DNA of 64,000 nt from Octopus vulgaris (taxonomy: Eukaryota). The stretch covers positions 53,444,001-53,508,000 of the forward strand of contig OX597831.1 of assembly GCA_951406725.2 (NCBI GenBank). Reading direction: 5' to 3'. The translations under genes were made by a program, and so were the position numbers. The notes under the pieces are model-generated. The model was not told the DNA's origin. It made no database searches and was given only the letters and a program-made list of their open reading frames with translations. Shown one piece after another: positions 63,791 to 64,000 of this stretch; within the stretch, counting starts at the first letter, position 1, and every line of letters begins with the position of its first letter.

Positions 63791-64000
63791 ATTATCATTA
63801 TCATTTGTAGTAGCAGTAGTAGTAGTAGTAGTGGTGATAGTAGTAGTCACAGTAGTAGAAGTCTTATTTTTACTGTCTACTTTCATTGTACAATACAGTG
63901 TGCAACACTACGTGCCTTAGGTATGCACAATGTTTTGTTTTGCCCTCGTGTATTCTGTAGTATTGAATACACTCTTTGCAGTCCTTGCACAGTTCATTGT

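Overview
AT-rich, microsatellite- and transposon-dense animal genomic DNA. The SINE/LINE families look like those of octopus (coleoid cephalopod); this is pattern recognition, not a database result. The only host gene I can support is the 3' end of QDPR (dihydropteridine reductase, + strand): two GT-AG exons (3241-3324, 4562-4661), followed by a probable long 3' UTR. The remaining ~57 kb has no convincing host exon. It holds several tRNA-derived SINE families; CR1-like, RTE, CRE-like and Tx1-like LINE pieces; a Ginger1-like integrase DNA transposon nested in a CRE-like element; two Helitrons; Tc1/mariner relics; piggyBac-type MITEs; and several Penelope-like (PLE) termini. Almost all listed ORFs are microsatellite or antisense artefacts. 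The most interesting signals are: (i) hammerhead-ribozyme-like motifs in several PLE-related families, including a near-perfect palindrome carrying a complete hammerhead fold on both strands and a tRNA-headed inverted element with a TSD; (ii) an intron-containing tRNA-Lys(TTT)-like relic; (iii) an RTE copy with twin-priming architecture; (iv) repeated short-range templated duplications. No prokaryotic system or CRISPR array is present. All alignments and folds were done by eye.
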